Source: Erysipelotrichaceae bacterium
GTDB lineage: Bacteria; Bacillota_I; Bacilli_A; RFN20; CAG-826
Reading direction: 5' to 3'
Length of the DNA stretch: 64,000 nt
Assembly (NCBI GenBank): GCA_034932745.1
Contig: JAYFOJ010000001.1
Location: 69,451-133,450 of the forward strand
Below are positions 48,613 through 61,129 of the stretch, in pieces. Every line of letters starts with the position of its first letter. Within the stretch, counting starts at the first letter, position 1. Made by a program: the position numbers and the translations under genes. Under the pieces are notes generated by a model, which saw nothing but the letters and a program-made list of their open reading frames with translations, was not told the DNA's origin and did not search any database.

Positions 48613-49056
48613 ATGAGAATAATTAATAGTTTTTTCTTAGCCATTATCTCCACGTTACTATGTTCGTGTAACAGTTCAGTTCCCTATTCATCTGAAATCC
48701 AATACTCCTATGACAATGTTTCGAATTTAAGAATTAATTATTCTCAACTCTTTGGGATAGATAGAAAAGAATACTATGTATACTTTTATTCCGTTCAATG
48801 TTATCACTGTAACAAACTCAAAAATTCAATCATTTGTTTTGCCCTTAAAAACCCTTATTTCTTGTATTTTGTTGAATATGATAAAAGCATTCCACTAAGT
48901 GATAATGTAGAAAAGACAATTGGAATATCCTCTTTAGAGGGTTTTGCGATTCTTGGCGTTCCGACATTAATCAAAATCGAAGACAAAATCTTAATATTGA
49001 ACATTGCAGGTTTCACCGAAGTTGCTAAAATAATAGAGCCTAATTTATTCTCATAG
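48613..49056 (+). CDS. thioredoxin-fold lipoprotein with CxxC motif
   Basis: Lipobox LLCSC. CYHC redox motif in a YVYFYSVQCYHCNKLK context typical of thioredoxin/TlpA-like proteins. Confidence 0.6.
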   Translation: MRIINSFFLAIISTLLCSCNSSVPYSSEIQYSYDNVSNLRINYSQLFGIDRKEYYVYFYSVQCYHCNKLKNSIICFALKNPYFLYFVEYDKSIPLSDNVEKTIGISSLEGFAILGVPTLIKIEDKILILNIAGFTEVAKIIEPNLFS

Positions 49057-49106
49057 TTTATTGAATCTACATTGCTGAAATGGTAATATATTGCTAGGCA
49101 ATATAT

Positions 49107-53332
<4,226 letters not shown>

Positions 53333-53401
53333 TGGTTTTAATACTTTTTATAAAAAAAGTGATTAATAATGCTAAAATAGAAAAACATAAAAGGAAGAAT
53401 T

Positions 53402-53698
53402 ATGAAAACAGTTAATAAACAAATCTTAAAAACTGCAGCGAACAATCTTCTTTTCGATATGTCAGAAGAAGAATACGAAACGCTATTAAAAGAGTTTAAT
53501 ATCATCTTAGCGCAGATGGATTATATCGGTTCACTACCGAATGTCGATTCCATTGAACCGATGACTTTTCCATTTGATGTTTCAAATGATTTTTTAAGAG
53601 AAGATGTGCCAGGAGTTCCACTAAGCCGTGAAGATGCTTTGAAAAACGCTCACGATGTTTCAAATGGCCAAATCAAACTTCCAAAGGTGGTGGGATAA
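53402..53698 (+). CDS. gatC: Asp/Glu-tRNA amidotransferase subunit C
   Basis: Size 98 aa, positioned upstream of gatA and gatB. Confidence 0.85.
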   Translation: MKTVNKQILKTAANNLLFDMSEEEYETLLKEFNIILAQMDYIGSLPNVDSIEPMTFPFDVSNDFLREDVPGVPLSREDALKNAHDVSNGQIKLPKVVG

Positions 53699-55152
53699 TG
53701 TCTTATTTAGATTTAACGATTGTCGAAATCCACCAAGCACTTATCGAACGAAAAGTGACACCACTTGAACTCGCTAAAGAAGCTTTAAAACGCGCTAAAG
53801 AAAATGGCGACAATGCTTTTGAATACATCATGGAAAAAGAAGCACTTGAAATTGCTTCTAAATTAAAAGAACCAAGTAATGATCCTTTGTGGGGAATCCC
53901 TTTTGTTATCAAGGATAACTTCTCGACAAAAGATGTTCCAACTTCGGCTTCGAGTCGAATCTTAGACGGATACGTGCCACTATTTAGCGCTACTGTTTAC
54001 GACAAATTAATTGCAAAAGGTGCTGTCCCAATTGCCAAGGCTACCTTAGATGAATTAGCAATGGGCGGTACTGGAACGACTGGGCGTCTTGGTAAAACGT
54101 TCAATCCTTGGGATAAAACACACCAAAGAATGATTGGTGGATCGAGCTCTGGAAGCGCAGTATCCGTTAGTGCTTCGATTGTTCCTTTTTCTCTTGGTTC
54201 GGATACTGGAGACTCTGTTCGTAAACCAGCCTCTAACGCCGGCTTAGTTGGTTATAAACCAACCTGGGGGCGTATTTCTCGATATGGATTATTTCCATTT
54301 GCACCTTCTTTAGACCACGTCGGTTATTTTACAAGAAGTGTTGAAGATGCTTCGATTTTATTAGGAGCTTTAAGTGGTCGAGACGAGCACGATTCTACCT
54401 CCTCTTTTAAACCAGTCGATGATTATCGTAAATATATTGGTAAAGACATCAAAGGCATCAAAGTTGCAGTTATTAAAGAGGTCGTCGATTCGATTAGTGA
54501 TGGCGAGATTAAGAAGAGTTTTAATAACAGCCTTAACTTTTTAAAAAAGCAAGGCGCTGAGATTCACGAAGTTTCAATCGATGAAGCTTTGCTAAAAGCA
54601 ATTTATCCAACTTATATCGTTATTAGTTGCGCCGAAGCGACAAGTAACAATGCTAATTTAGATGGTATTAAATTTGGTCCTCGCTATGAAGGCAGTTCAT
54701 ATGAAGAAGTAATGACGAAAGCAAGAACCAATGGTTTTTCCGAATTAATTAAACGCCGCTTCGTTATCGGCAGTTTCGCTTTGTTAGCGGAAAACCAAGA
54801 TGTTCTTTTCTTAAGAGCACAAAAAGCACGAAGGATGATCGTCGAAGCCATCAATAAAGTACTTTCTGAGTTCGATGTCATCTATCTTCCAGCCTCTCCA
54901 TCTATTGCACCTAAATTTATCAATTCATCAGATCGCCTTTCGTCTGAATATTTAATTGCTGATAATCACCTTGCAATTGGTAATTTTGGCGGTTATCCAA
55001 GTATCACTTTCCCACTTGGTTTCGAAGAAAAAATGCCTTTTGGCGGTAATATTACCGGCAGACATTTTGAAGATGGCAAAGTGCTACAAATCGCAAACGC
55101 TATTGAACATTTTGTAGGATTAAAGAATCTATCAGCAAAGGAGGGCAAATAA
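53698..55152 (+). CDS. gatA: Asp/Glu-tRNA amidotransferase subunit A
   Basis: Amidase signature (GGSSSGSAVSVSA). Size 484 aa. Confidence 0.95.
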   Translation: MSYLDLTIVEIHQALIERKVTPLELAKEALKRAKENGDNAFEYIMEKEALEIASKLKEPSNDPLWGIPFVIKDNFSTKDVPTSASSRILDGYVPLFSATVYDKLIAKGAVPIAKATLDELAMGGTGTTGRLGKTFNPWDKTHQRMIGGSSSGSAVSVSASIVPFSLGSDTGDSVRKPASNAGLVGYKPTWGRISRYGLFPFAPSLDHVGYFTRSVEDASILLGALSGRDEHDSTSSFKPVDDYRKYIGKDIKGIKVAVIKEVVDSISDGEIKKSFNNSLNFLKKQGAEIHEVSIDEALLKAIYPTYIVISCAEATSNNANLDGIKFGPRYEGSSYEEVMTKARTNGFSELIKRRFVIGSFALLAENQDVLFLRAQKARRMIVEAINKVLSEFDVIYLPASPSIAPKFINSSDRLSSEYLIADNHLAIGNFGGYPSITFPLGFEEKMPFGGNITGRHFEDGKVLQIANAIEHFVGLKNLSAKEGK

Positions 55153-55153
55153 G

Positions 55154-56578
55154 ATGAATTTTGAAGCAGTTATCGGTCTAGAAATACACGTCGAGATGAA
55201 AACTAAATCTAAAATGTTTTCTAATGCGCCTGTTTCCTTTGGAGATCTTCCAAATAGCGATGTTGTTCCACTAGATATGGCTTTCCCAGGTACGATGCCT
55301 GTCGTCAATAAAAGAGCGGTTATTAACGCTATTCGAGTAGCGAATGCTCTTAATATGGAAATCGACCATGAATTATGGTTTGACCGCAAGAACTATTTTT
55401 ATAGCGATTTACCAAAGGGATATCAAATAACTCAACAAAGAAGGCCAATTGGTAAGAATGGATTCTTATTAATAAACACCTCCAAAGGAAATAGAAGAAT
55501 TGAAATCGAACGAATTCACCTCGAAGAAGATACTTGCAAACAGTTGCACTTTAGCGATTACACTTTACTCGATTACAATCGGGCGGGAATCCCGTTAATC
55601 GAAATCGTTTCTCGCCCTGATATACGAGATGGCGAAGAAGCGATGAAATATGTCGAGACCATAAGGTCTATCGTTCAATATCTCGATGTTTCTAACGGCA
55701 AAATGGAAGAGGGTTCATTGCGGTGCGATGTTAATATCTCTTTAAAACCAATCGGAGCTAAAAAACTAGGTACTAAAGTCGAGATTAAAAATCTTAACTC
55801 TTTAGCCAATGTTCAGAAGGCAATCGATTTTGAAATGCAAAGACAAGAAAAGATCTTACTCATGGGTCAAGCTGTCCGCCAGGAAACTAGAAGATTTGAT
55901 GAAGCGACACGCGAGACTGTATTAATGAGAGTTAAAACCGATGCGGTGGACTACAAGTATTTTGTCGAACCCAATATTGCGCCGATCAAACTATCAGAAG
56001 AGTTTATAGTAGAGACAATAAAATCTTCACCAGAATTAGCTAGTAAAAAATATGAAAGATACGTTGGCCTTGGACTTAGCGATTACGACGCTAATATCTT
56101 GGTACAAGATAAATCGATAGCAGAATACTTTGATTTAGCCCTTAAAACAAATGCTAACCCCAAACTATTAGCGAACTGGCTAATCGTCGACATTCAGGCG
56201 GTTTTAAATAAAGAAGAAATTGAAATTTCAAAGTTTAAAATATCGCCAAAACATTTAGGCGAATTAGTTCTCATGATTGAAAAGAATGAAATCAGTAATA
56301 AACAAGGTCGCGATGTCTTTAACGTCATGCTAAGTGAAGGCGGAAATCCAAAGGACATTGCATCTAAATTAGGATACGCACTGATTAATGACGATAGTGA
56401 GATTGTTAAATTCGTCAATGAAGTATTAGACGCTAATCCACAGTCGATAGTCGATTTCAAAGGCGGAAAAGATCGTGCTTTTGGATTCTTAGTCGGACAA
56501 GTGATGAAAGCATCACATGGTAAGGTTAATCCAGCATTGACCTCGAAGATATTAATGGAAGAATTGAAAAGGAGATAA
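55154..56578 (+). CDS. gatB: Asp/Glu-tRNA amidotransferase subunit B
   Basis: N-terminus MNFEAVIGLEIHVE. Size 474 aa. Confidence 0.95.
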   Translation: MNFEAVIGLEIHVEMKTKSKMFSNAPVSFGDLPNSDVVPLDMAFPGTMPVVNKRAVINAIRVANALNMEIDHELWFDRKNYFYSDLPKGYQITQQRRPIGKNGFLLINTSKGNRRIEIERIHLEEDTCKQLHFSDYTLLDYNRAGIPLIEIVSRPDIRDGEEAMKYVETIRSIVQYLDVSNGKMEEGSLRCDVNISLKPIGAKKLGTKVEIKNLNSLANVQKAIDFEMQRQEKILLMGQAVRQETRRFDEATRETVLMRVKTDAVDYKYFVEPNIAPIKLSEEFIVETIKSSPELASKKYERYVGLGLSDYDANILVQDKSIAEYFDLALKTNANPKLLANWLIVDIQAVLNKEEIEISKFKISPKHLGELVLMIEKNEISNKQGRDVFNVMLSEGGNPKDIASKLGYALINDDSEIVKFVNEVLDANPQSIVDFKGGKDRAFGFLVGQVMKASHGKVNPALTSKILMEELKRR

Positions 56579-56580
56579 GA

Positions 56581-57591
56581 ATGGCAATTTTAGTTACAGG
56601 TGGAACGGGTTATATCGGCAGTCACACCGTCGTCGAACTTTTAAAAAGTGGCGAGGATGTCGTTATCGTCGATAATCTTGTAAACTCCAAAAAAGAAGTT
56701 CTTAATCGCATTTATAAGATAACTGGTAAGAAACCAAGATTTTATGAATTTGATGTTCGAGATGATCATAAACTTAACGAACTATTTGAGAAAGAACAAA
56801 TTACTGATGTCATCCATTTCGCTGGGTTGAAAGCCGTCGGAGAATCGGTTCAAAAACCGGAACTTTACTTTGCCAATAATATCGGTTCCACTCTTTCATT
56901 GTTAAATGCAATGGAAAGACATCAAGTTCCAAATTTGGTGTTCTCGAGTAGCGCTACAGTTTATGGAAACCCAAGAATTGTTCCAATTACTGAAGAAGAA
57001 CAAATTGGTGGATGTACTAATCCTTATGGCGAAACGAAGTTTCAAATCGAATGCATCTTAAAAGATGTCGCAAGAGTCCGTAAAAACATGAATATTGCAA
57101 TATTGAGATATTTCAATCCAATTGGTGCTCATGAGAGTGGCTTGATTGGTGAAGATCCTAACGGTATTCCAAATAACTTAATGCCATATATCACTCAAGT
57201 GGCTGCCAAGCGTTTACCGGTTTTAAATGTATTTGGTAATGACTATAAAACGATCGATGGAACCGGAGTAAGAGATTACATTCACGTCGTCGATTTAGCC
57301 CTTGGTCATTTAGCGGCATTAAAAAAATTAAGAGAAAAACCAGGTTTAGTTATTTATAATTTAGGTACAGGTCGTGGAACATCAGTTCTTGAACTGGTCA
57401 ATGCTTTTGAAAAGGCAACTGGTGTTAAGATTCCTTATGTCATTAAAGAAAGAAGAGCAGGAGATATCGACGCTTGCTACGCAAACGCCGACAAAGCTCT
57501 TAAAGAACTAGGTTGGAAAACAAAAAAGACAATCGTCGATTGTTGTAAAAATTCTTGGAATTGGCAAAAGAATAACCCAAATGGTTATTAA
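56581..57591 (+). CDS. galE: UDP-glucose 4-epimerase
   Basis: Rossmann GGTGYIGSH motif, catalytic YGETK, and a GEDPNGIPNNLMPYI block. Confidence 0.9.
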   Translation: MAILVTGGTGYIGSHTVVELLKSGEDVVIVDNLVNSKKEVLNRIYKITGKKPRFYEFDVRDDHKLNELFEKEQITDVIHFAGLKAVGESVQKPELYFANNIGSTLSLLNAMERHQVPNLVFSSSATVYGNPRIVPITEEEQIGGCTNPYGETKFQIECILKDVARVRKNMNIAILRYFNPIGAHESGLIGEDPNGIPNNLMPYITQVAAKRLPVLNVFGNDYKTIDGTGVRDYIHVVDLALGHLAALKKLREKPGLVIYNLGTGRGTSVLELVNAFEKATGVKIPYVIKERRAGDIDACYANADKALKELGWKTKKTIVDCCKNSWNWQKNNPNGY

Positions 57592-57603
57592 TAGGAGTTA
57601 ATT

Positions 57604-58527
57604 ATGCAAGTCAAAGAAAACCGTATTGAACTAAAGCTCAATGATGAGACGAGCCTTTTTGGTCGTTCGTGGACGATTGAAAAATCAGTAGCGAATATTA
57701 TTATCATGGAGGGCATGGAAGAACACGCGAAACGTTACGATGACTTTGCTCGTTATCTATGCTCGCGCGGTTGTGATGTCTACTGCATCGATTGTTACGG
57801 ACAAGGCGAAAACGTTAGTCCTGATATGTCAGACCGTGGCATATGGCCAGAATCAGGATTTAGAAAGATGGTTCAAGCAACCGATCAATTAGTGGCAAAG
57901 CTCCGCGTATCTTGCCATCCGATTTATATCTTCGCGCATTCGATGGGCTCATTCATGGCACAAGATTATATTCAAAGATATACTCAACACGTCAACAAAG
58001 TTGTCTTATGCGGTTCTGGCGCTAAGAATCCAATGGTCGGATTTGCCTTTTGGCTCGCTAAGATGAGTACTACTAAAAAGAACCGAGACAACAAATCCAA
58101 ATTCCTCAATAAATTGATGTTTGGTTCATTCAATAACAAGATTAAGAATCCAAAGACTGCGTATGACTGGCTCTCTTATAACGAGTTAAATGTCAAAACT
58201 TATGTCGATGACCCGCTAACAGGGTTTGGTCCCAATAAGGGATTCTGCTATGAGTTTTTAAAAGGAATGTCTCGTCTATGGAAGCGCAAATTCTTGAAGA
58301 AGATTAGAAAAGACATCGATATTTTTGTCATTTCTGGCGCCGATGATCCTGTTTCTTCTTATGGTAAAGCGGTGGCGAAACTTAAAAAGATGTATATCAG
58401 TCTAGGGATTAAAAATGTTCAGTCCAAGGTTTACGAACATGCCCGTCACGAAATTTTAAATGAAAATCTCGAAATTCGTGAAAAAGTGTATAAAGACATC
58501 GCTGATTTCTATTTAGGAACTAAATAA
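57604..58527 (+). CDS. alpha/beta hydrolase (lysophospholipase / monoacylglycerol-lipase-like)
   Basis: GxSxG nucleophile elbow (AHSMGSF). Size 307 aa, Hydrolase_4-like. Confidence 0.8.
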   Translation: MQVKENRIELKLNDETSLFGRSWTIEKSVANIIIMEGMEEHAKRYDDFARYLCSRGCDVYCIDCYGQGENVSPDMSDRGIWPESGFRKMVQATDQLVAKLRVSCHPIYIFAHSMGSFMAQDYIQRYTQHVNKVVLCGSGAKNPMVGFAFWLAKMSTTKKNRDNKSKFLNKLMFGSFNNKIKNPKTAYDWLSYNELNVKTYVDDPLTGFGPNKGFCYEFLKGMSRLWKRKFLKKIRKDIDIFVISGADDPVSSYGKAVAKLKKMYISLGIKNVQSKVYEHARHEILNENLEIREKVYKDIADFYLGTK

Positions 58528-58534
58528 ATTAAAA

Positions 58535-58565
58535 GCCCATCTCTACGATGGGCCTTCTTATTGCT
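58535..58565 (+). terminator. terminator hairpin
   Basis: Stem gcccatc/gatgggc with a weak T-run. Confidence 0.45.
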
Positions 58566-58606
58566 TTCTTTATTTTAATAACGATAAGTTATATCATTTT
58601 ACCAGT

Positions 58607-58684
58607 GCCCCGGTAACTCAGCCTGGATAGAGTATCACCCTCCTAAGGTGGAAGTCGGAAGTTCAAATCTCCCTCGGGGCGCCA
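58607..58684 (+). tRNA. tRNA-Arg (anticodon CCU)
   Basis: Cloverleaf with acceptor GCCCCGG / TCGGGGC, D-arm ACTCAGCCTGGATAGAGT, anticodon loop CUCCUAA, T-loop TTCAAAT and an encoded CCA. One A-C mismatch in the T-stem. Confidence 0.8.
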
Positions 58685-58713
58685 ACTACGTTGCTTGCTA
58701 GGTTAATTATTAC

Positions 58714-58742
58714 TTGACATCTTAGCGATATATTTCTAAAAT
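58714..58742 (+). promoter_or_regulatory. consensus sigma-A promoter TTGACA-17-TAAAAT upstream of tRNA-Ala
   Basis: -35 TTGACA at 58714-58719 and -10 TAAAAT at 58737-58742, with the tRNA beginning at 58770. Confidence 0.6.
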
Positions 58743-58769
58743 CTTAACGTTGTCTAAAGTATTACCAAT

Positions 58770-58845
58770 GGGCCTGTAGCTCACCTGGGAGAGCGCCTCC
58801 ATGGCATGGAGGAGGTAGAGGGTTCGATCCCCTTCAGGTCCACCA
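58770..58845 (+). tRNA. tRNA-Ala (anticodon GGC)
   Basis: Acceptor GGGCCTG/CAGGTCC carrying the G3:U70 Ala identity pair. D-arm GCTCACCTGGGAGAGC, anticodon loop AUGGCAU, T-arm GGTTCGATCC and an encoded CCA. Confidence 0.85.
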
Positions 58846-58857
58846 AATTAGTATTAA

Positions 58858-58886
58858 AAATCCCATGTTTAACGGGATTTTTTTAA
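58858..58886 (+). terminator. rho-independent terminator after tRNA pair
   Basis: Stem aatccc/gggatt followed by TTTTTTT. Confidence 0.65.
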
Positions 58887-59186
58887 TGGAATCATTATGC
58901 TATTAATACCTGTCGTGGTGTAGTATTGATAACAATTATCCTCATCAATTTGAGAAGGAAAGATTTTTTATTTCTTTCAGAGCAAGCGGCCAAATTGCGG
59001 GATATGCCAACCGCTTTTGCTACTGGCTGCATGGCATATATCTTCTTTCAAAACCTACACGCGTACAAGTACAAGTATAAAAATACTTGTTATAAACCGC
59101 TATTAATTGACAACAAAAATAAAATTTGTGTTATTGACATAACCACAACTGGTCATGTTATTGTTTTATTGCATAAGGAGCATTAT

Positions 59187-60470
59187 ATGAATAATAAAAA
59201 GTACGCAATGTGCCTACTTACGATTCCGTTTCTGACTACTGCTTTAACTTCGTGTGGTGGCAATCAGTTTCAGCCACTATGGAATGAAGAAGCAGATTCA
59301 GAAAAGTTAGTGTCTGTTGTCATTTCCGACATTCATTTAGGTGTCGATGATGTTTTTGCGGAGAATAGCAAAAACAAAGGACTGACTGCCGATTTTTTCA
59401 ATCGTGCTTCGGTTACTTCATCCATTGATGAAATCGTAATTGATGGCGATTTTCTCGATGGCTGGTTCTTGCCAACCTCGTATGGGACGATTAGAAACTA
59501 CTCTGAACTTTATACACGAGTAGCAAGCAACAATAAAGAGATAATCACGGCAATACAACGTTGTATTGCTAACGGAAAGAAAGTTGTTTATGTTCCTGGA
59601 AATCATGATATGACATTGTCGCATGATATTCTTGCTTCAATCATACCTGGTATTACCCAAATTCGTGATGAAGACGGACTAGGTACTTATCGCACTGGAT
59701 ACCGCAGCGAAGTTGCGATTGAGCATGGGCATCGTTATAACGTGTTCTGCGCTCCAGATCCATTAAGCAATGCTGTTGTTGGAATAAATTCGATTCTTCC
59801 AGCGGGTTATTTTTATACGCGATTAGCGACTGAATGGGTCGTAGAAGGACATCCTACTAATCAAATTGCTGTTCCTAATGTCGATGAGCCAAGCGCTTTA
59901 GATGTTGATCAGATGGGGGCGTATGCTTACTATCAAATGTGGAAAAATGTTATCGGACAATTTGGCGTAAATAAAACAATGGAAGATAAATTCCTTCCTG
60001 TGGGCGTCGATGGTTTCGATGATTATTACTCATTAGCGGATGTGGTTCCAACAATGAAAGACGGAAAAATTCAGGCAAAGCTTTTTCCAGATATTCAAGC
60101 TAGATGGAATGAATTGCAGATTAAAAATCGCGTAAATAAACCATATGATTTCATCGAGGCGATTACTAACGCAGATAATAGTGATTGGTGCGACGAAACC
60201 GCTATTGAACAGCATTTTGATATTGAAAAAAGTACTGATGTTGTCGTTTTTGGTCATACTCATAACCCAAAATTTTGGAACAATATTGAGGGATATCCAG
60301 GTAAAACCTATATTAATACAGGAACTTGGATTGATAAAAATAACGTTGATGCACAAAAAAGAACTCGTCAGTTTGCAAAAATCGTTTCATCTAATGAAGA
60401 AACCATTTCTGCTTTGCTCCAGTATCAAGCCGACGGAACAATTATCGATATCTCTAACGACTGTAAATAA
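59187..60470 (+). CDS. metallophosphoesterase lipoprotein (calcineurin-like)
   Basis: Lipobox LTSCG after the ATG at 59187 with an AAGGAG SD. Metallophosphoesterase motifs DIHLG, GDFLDG, GNHD and GHTH. Confidence 0.8.
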   Translation: MNNKKYAMCLLTIPFLTTALTSCGGNQFQPLWNEEADSEKLVSVVISDIHLGVDDVFAENSKNKGLTADFFNRASVTSSIDEIVIDGDFLDGWFLPTSYGTIRNYSELYTRVASNNKEIITAIQRCIANGKKVVYVPGNHDMTLSHDILASIIPGITQIRDEDGLGTYRTGYRSEVAIEHGHRYNVFCAPDPLSNAVVGINSILPAGYFYTRLATEWVVEGHPTNQIAVPNVDEPSALDVDQMGAYAYYQMWKNVIGQFGVNKTMEDKFLPVGVDGFDDYYSLADVVPTMKDGKIQAKLFPDIQARWNELQIKNRVNKPYDFIEAITNADNSDWCDETAIEQHFDIEKSTDVVVFGHTHNPKFWNNIEGYPGKTYINTGTWIDKNNVDAQKRTRQFAKIVSSNEETISALLQYQADGTIIDISNDCK

Positions 60471-60490
60471 GCATAATAGTCTAACTAATA

Positions 60491-60520
60491 AACAACTCCA
60501 TTATGGGGTTGTTTTATTTT
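60491..60520 (+). terminator. rho-independent terminator
   Basis: Stem aacaactcc/ggggttgtt (one G-U pair) followed by TTTTATTTT. Confidence 0.55.
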
Positions 60521-60577
60521 GAAAAAAATTGTCAAATAAAATTACATTTTATGAATTTTGATAATATAATACATGTT

Positions 60578-61129
60578 ATGAAAAAACTAGTGGTCGTTTT
60601 AGGTGATTTAGCAACTGGTAAAAGTACTTTTGCGAAAATCATAGCGGAAAAATACGATTTAGAATTAATAAGCAAAGATGATATTAAAGAAATATTGGGA
60701 GATCAGATTGGTTTTAAGGATCGTGAAGAAAATATTAAATTGAGTAAGACATCGTATTCGCTACTTTATTTTGTTTTAGAAAAAGCTTGTTCCAAAAATA
60801 TTGATGTTATTTTAGAAGCCAACTTTCATGAAGAACAACTTAAATCAATTGAAGGGGTAGCAAGAAAATACGAATACGAAATACTGAAAATCGTAATAAA
60901 TGGTGATCCTAGTGTGTTATACAAACGGTATATGAATCGTTTAATCAATGAACATCGCAATCCAGTTCACGCATCAATTCCATTCTCTTCGTGTGAAGAC
61001 TTCAAAGAGTATACACTTAGCAATCGAGAAAAAAATTTATTAGGAACAAAAATAGAAATCGACGCAACTAGTTTTGATTATCAAAGCGATTCTAAGATTT
61101 TGAAACAGATTGAATCGTTTTTACGTTAG
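60578..61129 (+). CDS. P-loop NTPase / small kinase-like protein
   Basis: Walker A GDLATGKST near the N-terminus (MKKLVVVLGDLATGKSTFAKII). About 183 aa. Alternative upstream starts at 60551 and 60503. Confidence 0.6.
   Translation: MKKLVVVLGDLATGKSTFAKIIAEKYDLELISKDDIKEILGDQIGFKDREENIKLSKTSYSLLYFVLEKACSKNIDVILEANFHEEQLKSIEGVARKYEYEILKIVINGDPSVLYKRYMNRLINEHRNPVHASIPFSSCEDFKEYTLSNREKNLLGTKIEIDATSFDYQSDSKILKQIESFLR

Noticed and set aside
58926-59186. N-terminal 87 codons of the track ORF 58926-60470
   Set aside because: This region is promoter-like and AT-rich and has no SD. The lipoprotein signal peptide starts at 59187 behind an AAGGAG SD.
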